From IMG/VR virus record IMGVR_UViG_3300037148_000025, positions 1 through 64,000 of that record: a stretch of 64,000 bases of DNA; one strand, written 5' to 3'. Under the pieces are notes generated by a model, which searched no databases, was not told the origin of the DNA, and saw only the letters and a program-made list of their open reading frames with translations. How positions within the stretch are numbered: the stretch's first letter is position 1; the number at the start of each line of letters is the position of its first letter. This DNA comes from a virus. Positions 8,922-17,181 of the stretch are shown here, in pieces. The position numbers and the translations under genes were made by a program.

Positions 8922-9128
8922 CTATTCAAAACCTTCATCAATCTCCCAATCTTCTGCGAGCAATTCGTCTGCACCCATCATGGCGTCCTGTGTAGCACCC
9001 TTGGGGGAGTGGAGTTGAACTACAGGAAATCTCTTCGGTATCAGCCACCAATATAGTGGAGGCCATTTAGGACGCCTTACCCGCTTCCCTTCTTGCATCC
9101 ATTTCGCGGCTTGCTTAATATCTGCCAT
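8922..9128 (-). CDS. DUF2829/Tad2-like small protein
   Basis: A..M..GKRVRR..W ... DELLAEDWEI signature. Confidence 0.6.
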   Translation of the reverse strand: MADIKQAAKWMQEGKRVRRPKWPPLYWWLIPKRFPVVQLHSPKGATQDAMMGADELLAEDWEIDEGFE

Positions 9129-9146
9129 TATTTTGTCCTTTCCTTT

Positions 9147-9365
9147 CTATTCAAAACCTTTCCCACCACATTGACAGTTTTCATAACCATCTTCGTGATG
9201 GTCACTGCTACAATTCAAACAAAAACTTACTAGCTTTCCACATGTCTTTCCCGCTGAATATCCACAAAAACACTCATGCACATTCTCCCAAATAGCATAA
9301 CCATTTCCTTCTATCTGGGGTTTGTAGTTATCACACGGCTGTTTCCCTACTGTAAACGTTCCCAT
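9147..9365 (-). CDS. Cys-rich hypothetical protein
   Basis: 72 aa with multiple CxC/CxxC and HH; AAGGAG RBS. Confidence 0.6.
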   Translation of the reverse strand: MGTFTVGKQPCDNYKPQIEGNGYAIWENVHECFCGYSAGKTCGKLVSFCLNCSSDHHEDGYENCQCGGKGFE

Positions 9366-9378
9366 ATTGCTCCTTTCT

Positions 9379-9468
9379 TGGCGGGGAAGGTAGGATTCGA
9401 ACCCACGATACCCTTTCGGGTATGCCGGTTTTCAAGACCGGAGCCATCAACCACTCGGCCACTTCCCC
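9379..9468 (-). tRNA. tRNA-Ser(UGA)
   Basis: Cloverleaf, long variable arm, G73, encoded CCA. Confidence 0.95.
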
Positions 9469-9575
9469 GCTCGGCCAACCCTCCATTAATAACCATTGTA
9501 TCACATACCACATAAAAAAGCAATACCCTTTCGGGGATTATTTTAGATAGACTTCTCGCTAACATATTGTGGACA

Positions 9576-9652
9576 TGGTGCCCAAGGAGAGAGTCGAACT
9601 CACACTGTGCGGCTTTTAAGGCCGTTGCCTCTTCCAGTTGGGCTACTTGGGC
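9576..9652 (-). tRNA. tRNA-Leu(UAA), short variable arm
   Basis: Anticodon loop CU-UAA-AA, TTCGA T-loop, CCA. Confidence 0.85.
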
Positions 9653-9745
9653 AATTTTATTGTCCGTGTTTCGGCTGGCCCCCGAAAATCTCTCGTCTAT
9701 CCATCCCTTTACAGGTTCATAGCGCCGGACAATCTTGGTTGTTGT

Positions 9746-9940
9746 CTAGTAATTGCAAGTGATGATGGGTGGGCCTATATCGGGCCTAGGATCATAAAGA
9801 GGCATCGTTTGTGGAGTGTAAACGGGATAGAACGGCATCGGATATGTTGGCGGCGCTAGAACCTGCTCGTCTTCTGTAACTGTTACCCGCTTGATTACCT
9901 TGCCTTCTTTATTGAGTATCTCTGTCGTTGTTGTTTTCAT
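9746..9940 (-). CDS. Small Pro-rich hypothetical protein
   Basis: GGAGG RBS before ATG at 9940. Confidence 0.55.
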   Translation of the reverse strand: MKTTTTEILNKEGKVIKRVTVTEDEQVLAPPTYPMPFYPVYTPQTMPLYDPRPDIGPPIITCNY

Positions 9941-9961
9941 TGCATCCTCCTGAATGTGTTT

Positions 9962-10044
9962 TGGTGCGAGCAGAGGGACTTGAACCCCCATGATTGCTCA
10001 ATGGGTTCTAAACCCATCGCGTCTGCCAATTCCGCCATACTCGC
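9962..10044 (-). tRNA. tRNA-Leu(UAG)
   Basis: Cloverleaf, loop UU-UAG-AA, CCA. Confidence 0.95.
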
Positions 10045-10054
10045 ATAGTTACTT

Positions 10055-10129
10055 TGGTGGGCAATGCTGGACTTGAACCAGCAACTTCCACCTTGTAAAA
10101 GTGGCACTCTACCATTGAGTTAATTGCCC
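10055..10129 (-). tRNA. tRNA-Val(UAC)
   Basis: Cloverleaf, loop UU-UAC-AA, CCA. Confidence 0.95.
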
Positions 10130-10173
10130 GGTATTATATACCGTTTCATGTAAGATTTGTATCATATACATAG

Positions 10174-10250
10174 TGGTGGGGGAGGGTGGATTTGAACCAC
10201 CGATTTCAGCCTTATGAGGGCGGCGAGATAGGCCACTTCTCTACTCCCCT
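10174..10250 (-). tRNA. tRNA-CAU (Met; A1:C72 mismatch is initiator-like)
   Basis: Loop CU-CAU-AA, CCA; lacks the three consecutive G-C anticodon-stem pairs of canonical fMet. Confidence 0.85.
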
Positions 10251-10255
10251 AAACT

Positions 10256-10329
10256 TGGTCGGGGTACGTCGAATCGGACGACGACCACAGGTTTCCAGAA
10301 CCCGGATGCTGCCATAACACCTTACCCCG
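10256..10329 (-). tRNA. Atypical tRNA-Pro(UGG) (C33, A37, UCC T-loop)
   Basis: C1-G72/A73 Pro identity elements; loop UC-UGG-AA. Confidence 0.75.
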
Positions 10330-10335
10330 AAACTG

Positions 10336-10602
10336 TTACTTACAACCTCCGGAACAATCAATTGGATGCCCTGCTCTGCACATTGTCTTTTTGTCCCGCT
10401 TCTGCACAAAGGCATACATTGTGTCTCCACCTTCCATTGGACACACAGGACATTGTACACGAAACTTGCAGGGCTTTCCAGCATTGCTTCCCGCTGTAGA
10501 GCTAGACTTCTTTTGTCGTGCAAGTTTGTTGATACCTGCTTGACGTGCTCCTACATCCATACGGGGTGCTCGACCCTCATCTTCCAAAAACCATGTAGTC
10601 AT
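10336..10602 (-). CDS. Cys-containing hypothetical protein
   Basis: CPVC...C..GH..DC; RBS present. Confidence 0.55.
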   Translation of the reverse strand: MTTWFLEDEGRAPRMDVGARQAGINKLARQKKSSSTAGSNAGKPCKFRVQCPVCPMEGGDTMYAFVQKRDKKTMCRAGHPIDCSGGCK

Positions 10603-10613
10603 ATCTTCCTTTC

Positions 10614-10692
10614 TGGGGTGAAGTGCCGGATTCGAACCGTGCGAAAACTGGATTCACAGTCCAGCGCATTAAACCTCTCTGCCAACCTCACC
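10614..10692 (-). tRNA. tRNA-His(GUG)
   Basis: G-1/C73, loop CU-GUG-AA, CCA. Confidence 0.95.
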
Positions 10693-10799
10693 ATAAATTT
10701 AGCAGATTTCCTCTTTCGGCCCTCTGCAAACTGTCAAACATGTTTTTCTGCACTATACCCCGGATGGAGTATTTTTCATCTCCTATCCTCATGCTGGTG

Positions 10800-11160
10800 G
10801 TCATGTTAGCACCGCTGGCTCATTAAATCTTAATGGCCCGTTCTGTTTCCAAGTGGGCCAATCTCAGGTTAACTTACATTAACCAATTCTGGCAACATTT
10901 CGTTGCTAGTCTCATTGTCATTACTGACAGTGATTCCTGCAAGAAGTGCTTCCATTAACGTTGAATTTTCATTCGCAGTTATTGTTTTCCGCTGTTAAGG
11001 TAGTCGGCTACCTGCATGTCCACAACACTTAACCAATACTGTCGAAACCTTGACGTGCCCATAAATTTTATTGGTGGACACGACGGGAGTCGAACCCGTG
11101 TCCAATATTACTAATTATTGCTTCATACATGCTTACTCGCAACGGGGTGCTAGCCGCCAC
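10800..11160 (-). ncRNA. ssrA: Two-piece (circularly permuted) tmRNA
   Basis: Acceptor piece ending GGUUCGACUCCCGUCGUGUCCACCA (3' end at 11072) precedes an 11-nt spacer and the 5' end GGGCACGUCAAGGUUUCGAC (11060). G3-U70 pair and A73 present. Resume context AUAACU-GCG; tag ORF 10976-10869. Confidence 0.9.
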
Positions 11161-11221
11161 ACTAAACATTAGACTATACTAATAGCCTTCTCCTGCACTT
11201 GGATGAACCCCGAAGATTAAA

Positions 11222-11332
11222 CTACTTTGACTCTTTCTTCAGCTTCTTAATTAGCTTCTTATCATCCTTCTTGTCCTCACGTTCAAACTTTCCGACAAGA
11301 CCCTTCTTTGCTGCTTTCTTCTTAGCTGCCAT
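11222..11332 (-). CDS. 36-aa Lys-rich basic peptide
   Basis: AGGAG RBS; MAAKKKAAKKGLVGKFEREDKKDDKKLIKKLKKESK. Confidence 0.6.
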   Translation of the reverse strand: MAAKKKAAKKGLVGKFEREDKKDDKKLIKKLKKESK

Positions 11333-11350
11333 TATTCTCCTATTTATTTT

Positions 11351-11422
11351 TGGTGGAGCGACCAACCCCTTATAATCCCGCCCCGCGCCCCTGCCCTACG
11401 TCCACCAGAGGATTCCCACTCC
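11351..11422 (-). ncRNA. Putative CCA-ended tRNA-like RNA of unknown class
   Basis: 7-bp stem GGAGUGG/UCGCUCC plus ACCA; 72 nt; no D, anticodon or T arm; G-tract interior. Confidence 0.4.
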
Positions 11423-11493
11423 GGGCATTGCGCCCGGTAATCTAGCCTTCATACCGAAAGGCATGGGCTAGAAACTTGTTGACATTAAAGTGC

Positions 11494-11676
11494 TTACAAC
11501 TTCTTGATGTCAGCCACGACTGCTGAAACATCCGCTTTGACTGTTGAAACAAAACTGGGAACCTTTGCTTGCAACGCTGTGAAGTCTGCCGTTACCTTCG
11601 CCTTAAAGCTGGCGTTCGAGAAGTATTCATATACTCCGATTGCAAGGGCTACTACTGCCACAATTTCAAATACCAT
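11494..11676 (-). CDS. Small membrane-anchored protein
   Basis: N-terminal TM helix, AAGGAG RBS. Confidence 0.65.
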   Translation of the reverse strand: MVFEIVAVVALAIGVYEYFSNASFKAKVTADFTALQAKVPSFVSTVKADVSAVVADIKKL

Positions 11677-11767
11677 ATTTTCTCCTTAATGTTACTACAA
11701 CGGGGGATTCACGCCCTCCACCAGCTAGTTATCATGGTCTAGCAACCCCTTTCCTGACTATAAGTAC

Positions 11768-11796
11768 ATTATACCACGTCTTTTCTAGTTTGTCAA
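11768..11796 (-). promoter_or_regulatory. Sigma70-type promoter
   Basis: TTGACA-17-TATAAT with extended TG. Confidence 0.8.
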
Positions 11797-12206
11797 GCCC
11801 TTTTTTGCCTCTTCTCCAACATTTTTTTCTGATCTGACACGATTTCCTGCACTAAATACCCAAGGTGATAGGCAAAAACTTCTTCTTCATGCTCGGCCTC
11901 TATCCATCTAAATATATTAGAAACAGTATGGTACGCTTCATGCACAATTTGATTTGATAGGGCATCGGTATGCAGAAACAGGTAACTTCTGGCTCTATTT
12001 GTAGAATACAAGTGAAAACCTCCAGAGTCGGAAATTTCCTCTAATCTATGGGCGGTTAGGTTTAAGCCATCTCGTTTAATTATGGCTTTCACTGCTTCTC
12101 CCAGATTGTTTACGAAGAACAGATACACTCTGTAGTCAAATGGAGGAAAAGGAATCATTGTCTCTGCCTCAATTGCCGGTATTTTTTTTATAATAGATTT
12201 CTTCAT
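11793..12206 (-). CDS. HEXXH (zincin-like) phage protein
   Basis: IVHEAYH...EEVFAYHLGY. Confidence 0.65.
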   Translation of the reverse strand: MKKSIIKKIPAIEAETMIPFPPFDYRVYLFFVNNLGEAVKAIIKRDGLNLTAHRLEEISDSGGFHLYSTNRARSYLFLHTDALSNQIVHEAYHTVSNIFRWIEAEHEEEVFAYHLGYLVQEIVSDQKKMLEKRQKRA

Positions 12207-12207
12207 A

Positions 12208-14916
12208 TTATTTCTCCCAACAGTTGCCAATATGGAACTCAGACTTCATTTCCACCTTGTGCATCTTAACCGCTGCCGCACGTTTGAACGCATCGCTGAT
12301 TAGCTCGGCCACGATCTTACCAAATCTTTTTGGACATTGAACCACTAACTCATCATGAACAAATTTCAGAAGTTTAGCCTTGTATAGAGGCAGTGTATTC
12401 CACAGGTACGGTATACCATTGGCATCAACAGCGGAAGACATCGCCAGCTTTGCAATTGTGGCATTCGTTCCCTGAATAGCATGGTTCTTCCCTTGGCGCT
12501 TGGAACCGTTTGACATTTGGTAATAGCTTCTTCCAATCTCGTTTGCGTTCGGCTGGCGATGAGATAGCTCATACATCTCTCCAGCATTCGGCTTTCTCTT
12601 CTTGATTATTAGGAAGGTTTCAACATTCTTCTCACAGTCCGCAATTGGCAAACGAAGCTTGTCTTCATTATACTCTTTACAGTTTTCTAGTGCGCGTGCT
12701 CTAGTTGGGACAGGAAGAATTCTGCGTCTCCCATAGAGATCAAACGCTTTCTGCTTTTGCATCGCGTCGGTTCCAGACTTCTCAAGATAGGCCCAGATAT
12801 TGGGGTTCTTCTGCTCGTGTAGGGCCATTAGAACCTTAGCCTGTGCCAGAGTCTTCTTAATTTCTGTAGCAAGTTTGCCCGGACCTCCACCATATGCTAG
12901 CAAGAAGTTTGTGCTCTTATTGTCTCCTCTGCGTGCCCTGTGTAAAGGACAATTACATTTCTTCCTTTGCGGTGTTCCTGTAGCATTCAGCTTGAAGTAC
13001 TCGCAATCCGGAAGTGCTTCTTTTGGCCACTCAACTTCATAAAGAAGTTCTGCTCCCATAGAGTGTACATCTTCATCTCTGGAGAACGCCTCAATCCAAC
13101 GGGCGTCATCTGCTGCCTCTGCAATAATTCGCAGTTCTGCTCCAGACATATCGTCAGTGATAATTACATATTCTTCAGCGTGAGTTGTACATGTTTGCCC
13201 ACATTTATTACACCAGTATGCAGAACCATTCCACTCTGTTTCGCTTTCACAGCAATCGCTGATTCGTATCGACTCATCAGGAGGATCGGCTATAAAACAA
13301 CTGCGAACCTCTGTGTCCTGCGGTAAGTTCTGCCCATTAGGTTTAGAAGAACTGCTACGACCCGTCTCAGCGTCATATTGGTTAAATTCAGAGTGCAGCC
13401 TTCCATCGCCGGGGTGCAGCCATCCCTCTTCCTTGCTCGGCTTTGTCTTCCATTCTTGCGCCCACGCATCGCCATAGGTTCCAATCTCTTTAGCAAGGCC
13501 GTGATATTCCTGTATCTTACCTAAAATTGGAACAATTAGCTTCCATTTCTCCATAACCTCATCATCAAGGCTATCGATTGCTGGCCTGGTTTTGCCAGTA
13601 AATTTCTTATCTTGTCCTTTTTCCTTAATAACCAAACGCGGCTCATTCTCAACAAGGACTTTCAAAAGCTGAGCGCCAGAGTTGTAATTAATAAGTGCAT
13701 CTCCTTCACACTGGTCAATCAGCTTAAGAATTTGTGTACGCTTTTTTCTTAACTCCCCATGCTTCTTTTTCAGGTTTTCTTTGTTTTCTTTACGCTTCTC
13801 CTCAAGCGTAACAAGTTTCTCCTCTAAAGAAGCACAGTTTAAATCGACTATTCCGGTTTTTTTCTGTTCACGTAGCGTGGCCTTAATTATAAGGTTTATT
13901 TCAATCTCTTTTTGACTAGGAGCAGTTAGTGCTTTCCATGCAGCCTCAAGAGTATCAACCTCTTCTTGACTGATGCTCTCGGTTTTTGAGCCGACCAACG
14001 GCAAAAAATACTCATCAAGTTCATGAAGAACTTCTGTGAATCGAATCTTGCGTTTAGCTACCCTTTCAAGCCATTTTTCTCGATCTATTCTTTCGCCATG
14101 AACGTGCATATCCACAAATGATCCAATTGCATCGTTCTCAATCTGGCAAATCTCCCTAAGATTGTCTCCCAAAAGAAGTTGATCCAACTCAGTAAGCAGT
14201 TTTGCTTTCTCAGGATAACCTGCGTCACGCAGTGCTCCCGGAAGCCAACCCGCTGTGATTAGATTTTGCACCGCTTTTATCGCCAATGGGATGCGAGTAT
14301 CCAATGCAGCATACTCATACTGAGCGTCAGATAGTTCATCATCCAGATTAAAAGATGTCTGTAATGTTTTGTCAATACTCTTATAAAAATATCTTCCTAA
14401 CATCTCTTCCATAGAGTAAAACCCGTAGTTCTTTAAAGATGCTTGTCCACCTAACCCAGAATATATACATTTTTCTACCATCATGCAATCATAGAATCCA
14501 TTAGTACGAATTCCAAAGTTCCAATAGAAGCATTGATATTCAAATGCCAAGTTCACGCCGACCTTAGTGATCTCATGTGAGCATACAAACGGAACCAGTT
14601 TGTTTAGTAGGTCTTGCAGCCGGGGGGCTTTGCCAAGATTCTTGCCATAATCACCTTGACAATCATAAAGAATATCTGAGCTACCATCACAAAACTCCTT
14701 TAAATCAATAACATACTGTTCCTTATTATTGCCAAACTGTATGGTCCTTACTCGCCGCCAATAGAAGTCGTTAACTACTGTTGTTTCAGTATCCCACCCA
14801 TATTCCTTATGTGTTGAAAGGAAGCTGAGTAGACTTGCTACTGATTCATCGTCAACAACTCTCGTTATGTTGGGCGGGGGATTGAGAATCAATGGTATGC
14901 GTTCTTCATTAAGCAT
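12208..14916 (-). CDS. polA: Family A DNA polymerase with 3'-5' exonuclease
   Basis: DTETT, YAALD, TGRSSSSKPNGQN, D.SGAELR, KSTNFLLAYG, NHAIQG, VHDE. Confidence 0.95.
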   Translation of the reverse strand: MLNEERIPLILNPPPNITRVVDDESVASLLSFLSTHKEYGWDTETTVVNDFYWRRVRTIQFGNNKEQYVIDLKEFCDGSSDILYDCQGDYGKNLGKAPRLQDLLNKLVPFVCSHEITKVGVNLAFEYQCFYWNFGIRTNGFYDCMMVEKCIYSGLGGQASLKNYGFYSMEEMLGRYFYKSIDKTLQTSFNLDDELSDAQYEYAALDTRIPLAIKAVQNLITAGWLPGALRDAGYPEKAKLLTELDQLLLGDNLREICQIENDAIGSFVDMHVHGERIDREKWLERVAKRKIRFTEVLHELDEYFLPLVGSKTESISQEEVDTLEAAWKALTAPSQKEIEINLIIKATLREQKKTGIVDLNCASLEEKLVTLEEKRKENKENLKKKHGELRKKRTQILKLIDQCEGDALINYNSGAQLLKVLVENEPRLVIKEKGQDKKFTGKTRPAIDSLDDEVMEKWKLIVPILGKIQEYHGLAKEIGTYGDAWAQEWKTKPSKEEGWLHPGDGRLHSEFNQYDAETGRSSSSKPNGQNLPQDTEVRSCFIADPPDESIRISDCCESETEWNGSAYWCNKCGQTCTTHAEEYVIITDDMSGAELRIIAEAADDARWIEAFSRDEDVHSMGAELLYEVEWPKEALPDCEYFKLNATGTPQRKKCNCPLHRARRGDNKSTNFLLAYGGGPGKLATEIKKTLAQAKVLMALHEQKNPNIWAYLEKSGTDAMQKQKAFDLYGRRRILPVPTRARALENCKEYNEDKLRLPIADCEKNVETFLIIKKRKPNAGEMYELSHRQPNANEIGRSYYQMSNGSKRQGKNHAIQGTNATIAKLAMSSAVDANGIPYLWNTLPLYKAKLLKFVHDELVVQCPKRFGKIVAELISDAFKRAAAVKMHKVEMKSEFHIGNCWEK

Positions 14917-14922
14917 AGAGCC

Positions 14923-14951
14923 ATTCTATCATGGAATGGCTTTAAAGTCAA
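14923..14951 (-). promoter_or_regulatory. Sigma70-type promoter of the polymerase gene; probably gives a leaderless mRNA
   Basis: TTGACT-17-TAGAAT; ATG begins 7 nt after the -10 box; no SD sequence. Confidence 0.65.
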
Positions 14952-15192
14952 GATTTAAAAATTTAAATCTTCTAAGTCCTTTAGATTTACGGTTACTGTG
15001 GGAGTCAGTGTAAACTGTATGGCACTTGAGGGGCACTAACTGATAATATATTAAAAACCATATATTAATATTTTCTGTGTTTTCGCTTTTTGTTCGCTTT
15101 CTCTATTTACAAAAAATTTTATTTTTAAATTAATAAGTCTTTTATAATCAAAGACATATCTGGGTTATGGGAGACATATTTAAAAAATGGAC

Positions 15193-15221
15193 TTGACAAA
15201 TTTCAATTACCGTGTTACAAT
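15193..15221 (+). promoter_or_regulatory. Sigma70-type promoter P1
   Basis: TTGACA-17-TACAAT, extended TG. Confidence 0.8.
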
Positions 15222-15363
15222 AATATTGTTCGTGACCGAAACCCCAACTATGTAATAACAGGGGTGTGTACGTTTTGGCGAAGCCTGATCAGTTGTGGGG
15301 AGTTTGGTTAGATTATCCGGATTATCTAAAAAAGATACTTTCTATGTTTTTTTGCAATAAAAC

Positions 15364-15392
15364 TTGACAAATAGGCAGTTCTGTGGTACAAT
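15364..15392 (+). promoter_or_regulatory. Sigma70-type promoter P2
   Basis: TTGACA-17-TACAAT, extended TG. Confidence 0.8.
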
Positions 15393-15444
15393 ATAGAAAT
15401 ATTGAGTCCATTGTGTAGTATGGAGCATCTAACAAGGAAGAACT

Positions 15445-15624
15445 ATGAAGCTAATGACGGGTTGGGTTGGGAAAGATTTTAGGAAAGCTCGTTTTGGAAA
15501 CCAGAATGCCCGATCAAAGATGATTGAATTACTAAAGCCTGACCCAATCGTTGAGCACTACCCAAAAGAGAAGAATTTATGGAAAAAAGTCTTCAAAATT
15601 CCTGAAAATAAGGGAATTTCTTAA
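15445..15624 (+). CDS. 59-aa basic hypothetical protein
   Basis: AAGGAAG RBS downstream of P2; contains GNQNAR. Confidence 0.5.
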   Translation: MKLMTGWVGKDFRKARFGNQNARSKMIELLKPDPIVEHYPKEKNLWKKVFKIPENKGIS

Positions 15625-15686
15625 GATAAAAATAAAACACAGATATTTTTGTTGGGTTGAATCAAAAGGAGTTACCTGCCAAAAAC

Positions 15687-15715
15687 TTGACAAGGAATTT
15701 TTAGTGTGTTATAAT
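15687..15715 (+). promoter_or_regulatory. Sigma70-type promoter P3
   Basis: TTGACA-17-TATAAT, extended TG. Confidence 0.85.
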
Positions 15716-15910
15716 TGAATTATAGAGAGAAAATAATTATAGAGAAAAGGCAGCAGGCTCCTCCTAGTTGTGAATATAGGCGCGAAAACGTCACCACAAC
15801 TACCTGCTGTCTGAATTATTATCATATGGGAGGCGGGGGAAGAGTGCAATGCTCTTCCCTCAAGAATTGAGCAGAGGGACGAATAGGTGGAAATCTGTTA
15901 AATTTATGAT

Positions 15911-16158
15911 GAGACGGAGTTTATCGAAGTTGCTTCCAAGAATTCCACCAGGACTTGCAGCGAATGTGGGAGCCTATCTGGACCTACAGGGTTTGCAGGA
16001 CTGTCGGTAAGGCAATGGGTGTGTTCGTGTGGAGCGAAGCACGACCGCGATATAAATGCGGCTCGTAACACTCTATTAGCTGCGGCAGGATATGCCGTCG
16101 AGAGTTACGCATAAGCGTAACGTCTGAAATCCCCACCTTTAGGTGTACGGAGTATCAG
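15911..16158 (+). mobile_element. tnpB: IS200/IS605 remnant: 3' fragment of tnpB plus right end / omegaRNA scaffold
   Basis: Startless frame ...STRTCSECG...WVCSCGAKHDRDINAARN...* (stop at 16114), then GAAATCCCCACCTTTAGGTGTACGGAGTATCAG, which resembles an IS605 right end. Confidence 0.85.
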
Positions 16159-16174
16159 TAGTATGGAAAACAAT

Positions 16175-16315
16175 ATGAAGAAGTTTTTGCTAGGACTTGT
16201 TCTAGTTTTCTGTTTTGCAGTTCCAGTTGCATCACAGGCGCAGGTAGTGGTTGTTGTACATCCCCACCACCATCATCATTACAATCACCATCATCACTAT
16301 CCCCGTGTTAATTAA
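16175..16315 (+). CDS. Secreted His-rich peptide
   Basis: MKKFLLGLVLVFCFAVPVASQAQVVVVVHPHHHHHYNHHHHYPRVN: signal peptide plus poly-His. Confidence 0.75.
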   Translation: MKKFLLGLVLVFCFAVPVASQAQVVVVVHPHHHHHYNHHHHYPRVN

Positions 16316-16408
16316 TATGAATCCCACCAACGATTGCCCCCACGTCTCACAGGAGTGGGTTAAGCGGCAATGGGAAGTATACCATACAGTTAGGAAGAGG
16401 ACGCGTAT

Positions 16409-16591
16409 ATGATACATGCCACAGTTTGTAATCACAACTTAAATGGCACAGACCGAGACGTAGCTGCTGCCGAAATGAGGCAGGCTATCAAGGATCAGGC
16501 GAAAGCCCAAGAGAACTCTTTCCCTTCCGACCACGTTGCAGATACAATTGTCCCTAATAGTTTTGTAACAAGTCAGACAAGTAAAGAGTAA
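16409..16591 (+). CDS. Hypothetical protein
   Basis: 60-aa ORF with RBS; shares an N.FPS motif with the next ORF. Confidence 0.55.
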   Translation: MIHATVCNHNLNGTDRDVAAAEMRQAIKDQAKAQENSFPSDHVADTIVPNSFVTSQTSKE

Positions 16592-16607
16592 TAATAGGAG
16601 AAACAAA

Positions 16608-16847
16608 ATGACAAATGTTGCTATTCCAGTAGTCGCACCAGTAGTTCCAATAGTCAGTGCACCCGCGACCAAAGAGCTAATCGCTAAAGAGAAGGCAAAG
16701 AATAATTTTCCTTCACAGTCGCCATATGCTGTAAAATCTTCACAAAAAGTAGCAGAGTATAAGGAAACACCAGTAGTTTCTGCTAAAGTGGAAAGCCAGT
16801 ATCCAAAAGTTGCGCATGTTCCATCTAATGCCCCAGTGGTTATGTAA
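16608..16847 (+). CDS. Hypothetical protein
   Basis: AGGAG RBS. Confidence 0.65.
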   Translation: MTNVAIPVVAPVVPIVSAPATKELIAKEKAKNNFPSQSPYAVKSSQKVAEYKETPVVSAKVESQYPKVAHVPSNAPVVM

Positions 16848-16858
16848 TAGGAGAATAA

Positions 16859-17050
16859 ATGTTTTCAATCATTATTTGTCTTGTGGGTCTGTTGGTGTAT
16901 TTGCTAACTCCAGTGCCAACCCCTATTAATCCAAGGGTAGCAAGGGTTACAGATGTTGGAAGGATTATGTTTTTTCTTGGTTTAGCTGCCTTGTTGCTGC
17001 TAACTGTTTTGGGACATCCATTTTTGCTTCCTCATTTGTTTTTTAACTAG
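16859..17050 (+). CDS. Small 2-TM membrane protein
   Basis: Two hydrophobic helices; RBS. Confidence 0.7.
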   Translation: MFSIIICLVGLLVYLLTPVPTPINPRVARVTDVGRIMFFLGLAALLLLTVLGHPFLLPHLFFN

Positions 17051-17181
17051 TTTAAACAGGACCGCTGCATCTTAACATGCTTAAAAATTGCGGCCACGGG
17101 AGGAAAACTCCCGATTTTTGTGGGGGAAGGATAAATGTTCTTCCCCCTTAACACGGTATAACATGGACGCAAAAGGGCCAG

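Noticed and set aside
9276-10826. ORF-track entries overlapping tRNA genes (e.g. 9331..9513, 9347..9565, 10212..10523, 10366..10809; also 60396..60599)
   Set aside because: Shadow frames over tRNA genes, without RBS
12208-14916. Intein in the DNA polymerase (also checked terminase and RNR)
   Set aside because: No C/S...HN-C/S/T splice junctions or endonuclease motifs; the inserts are short
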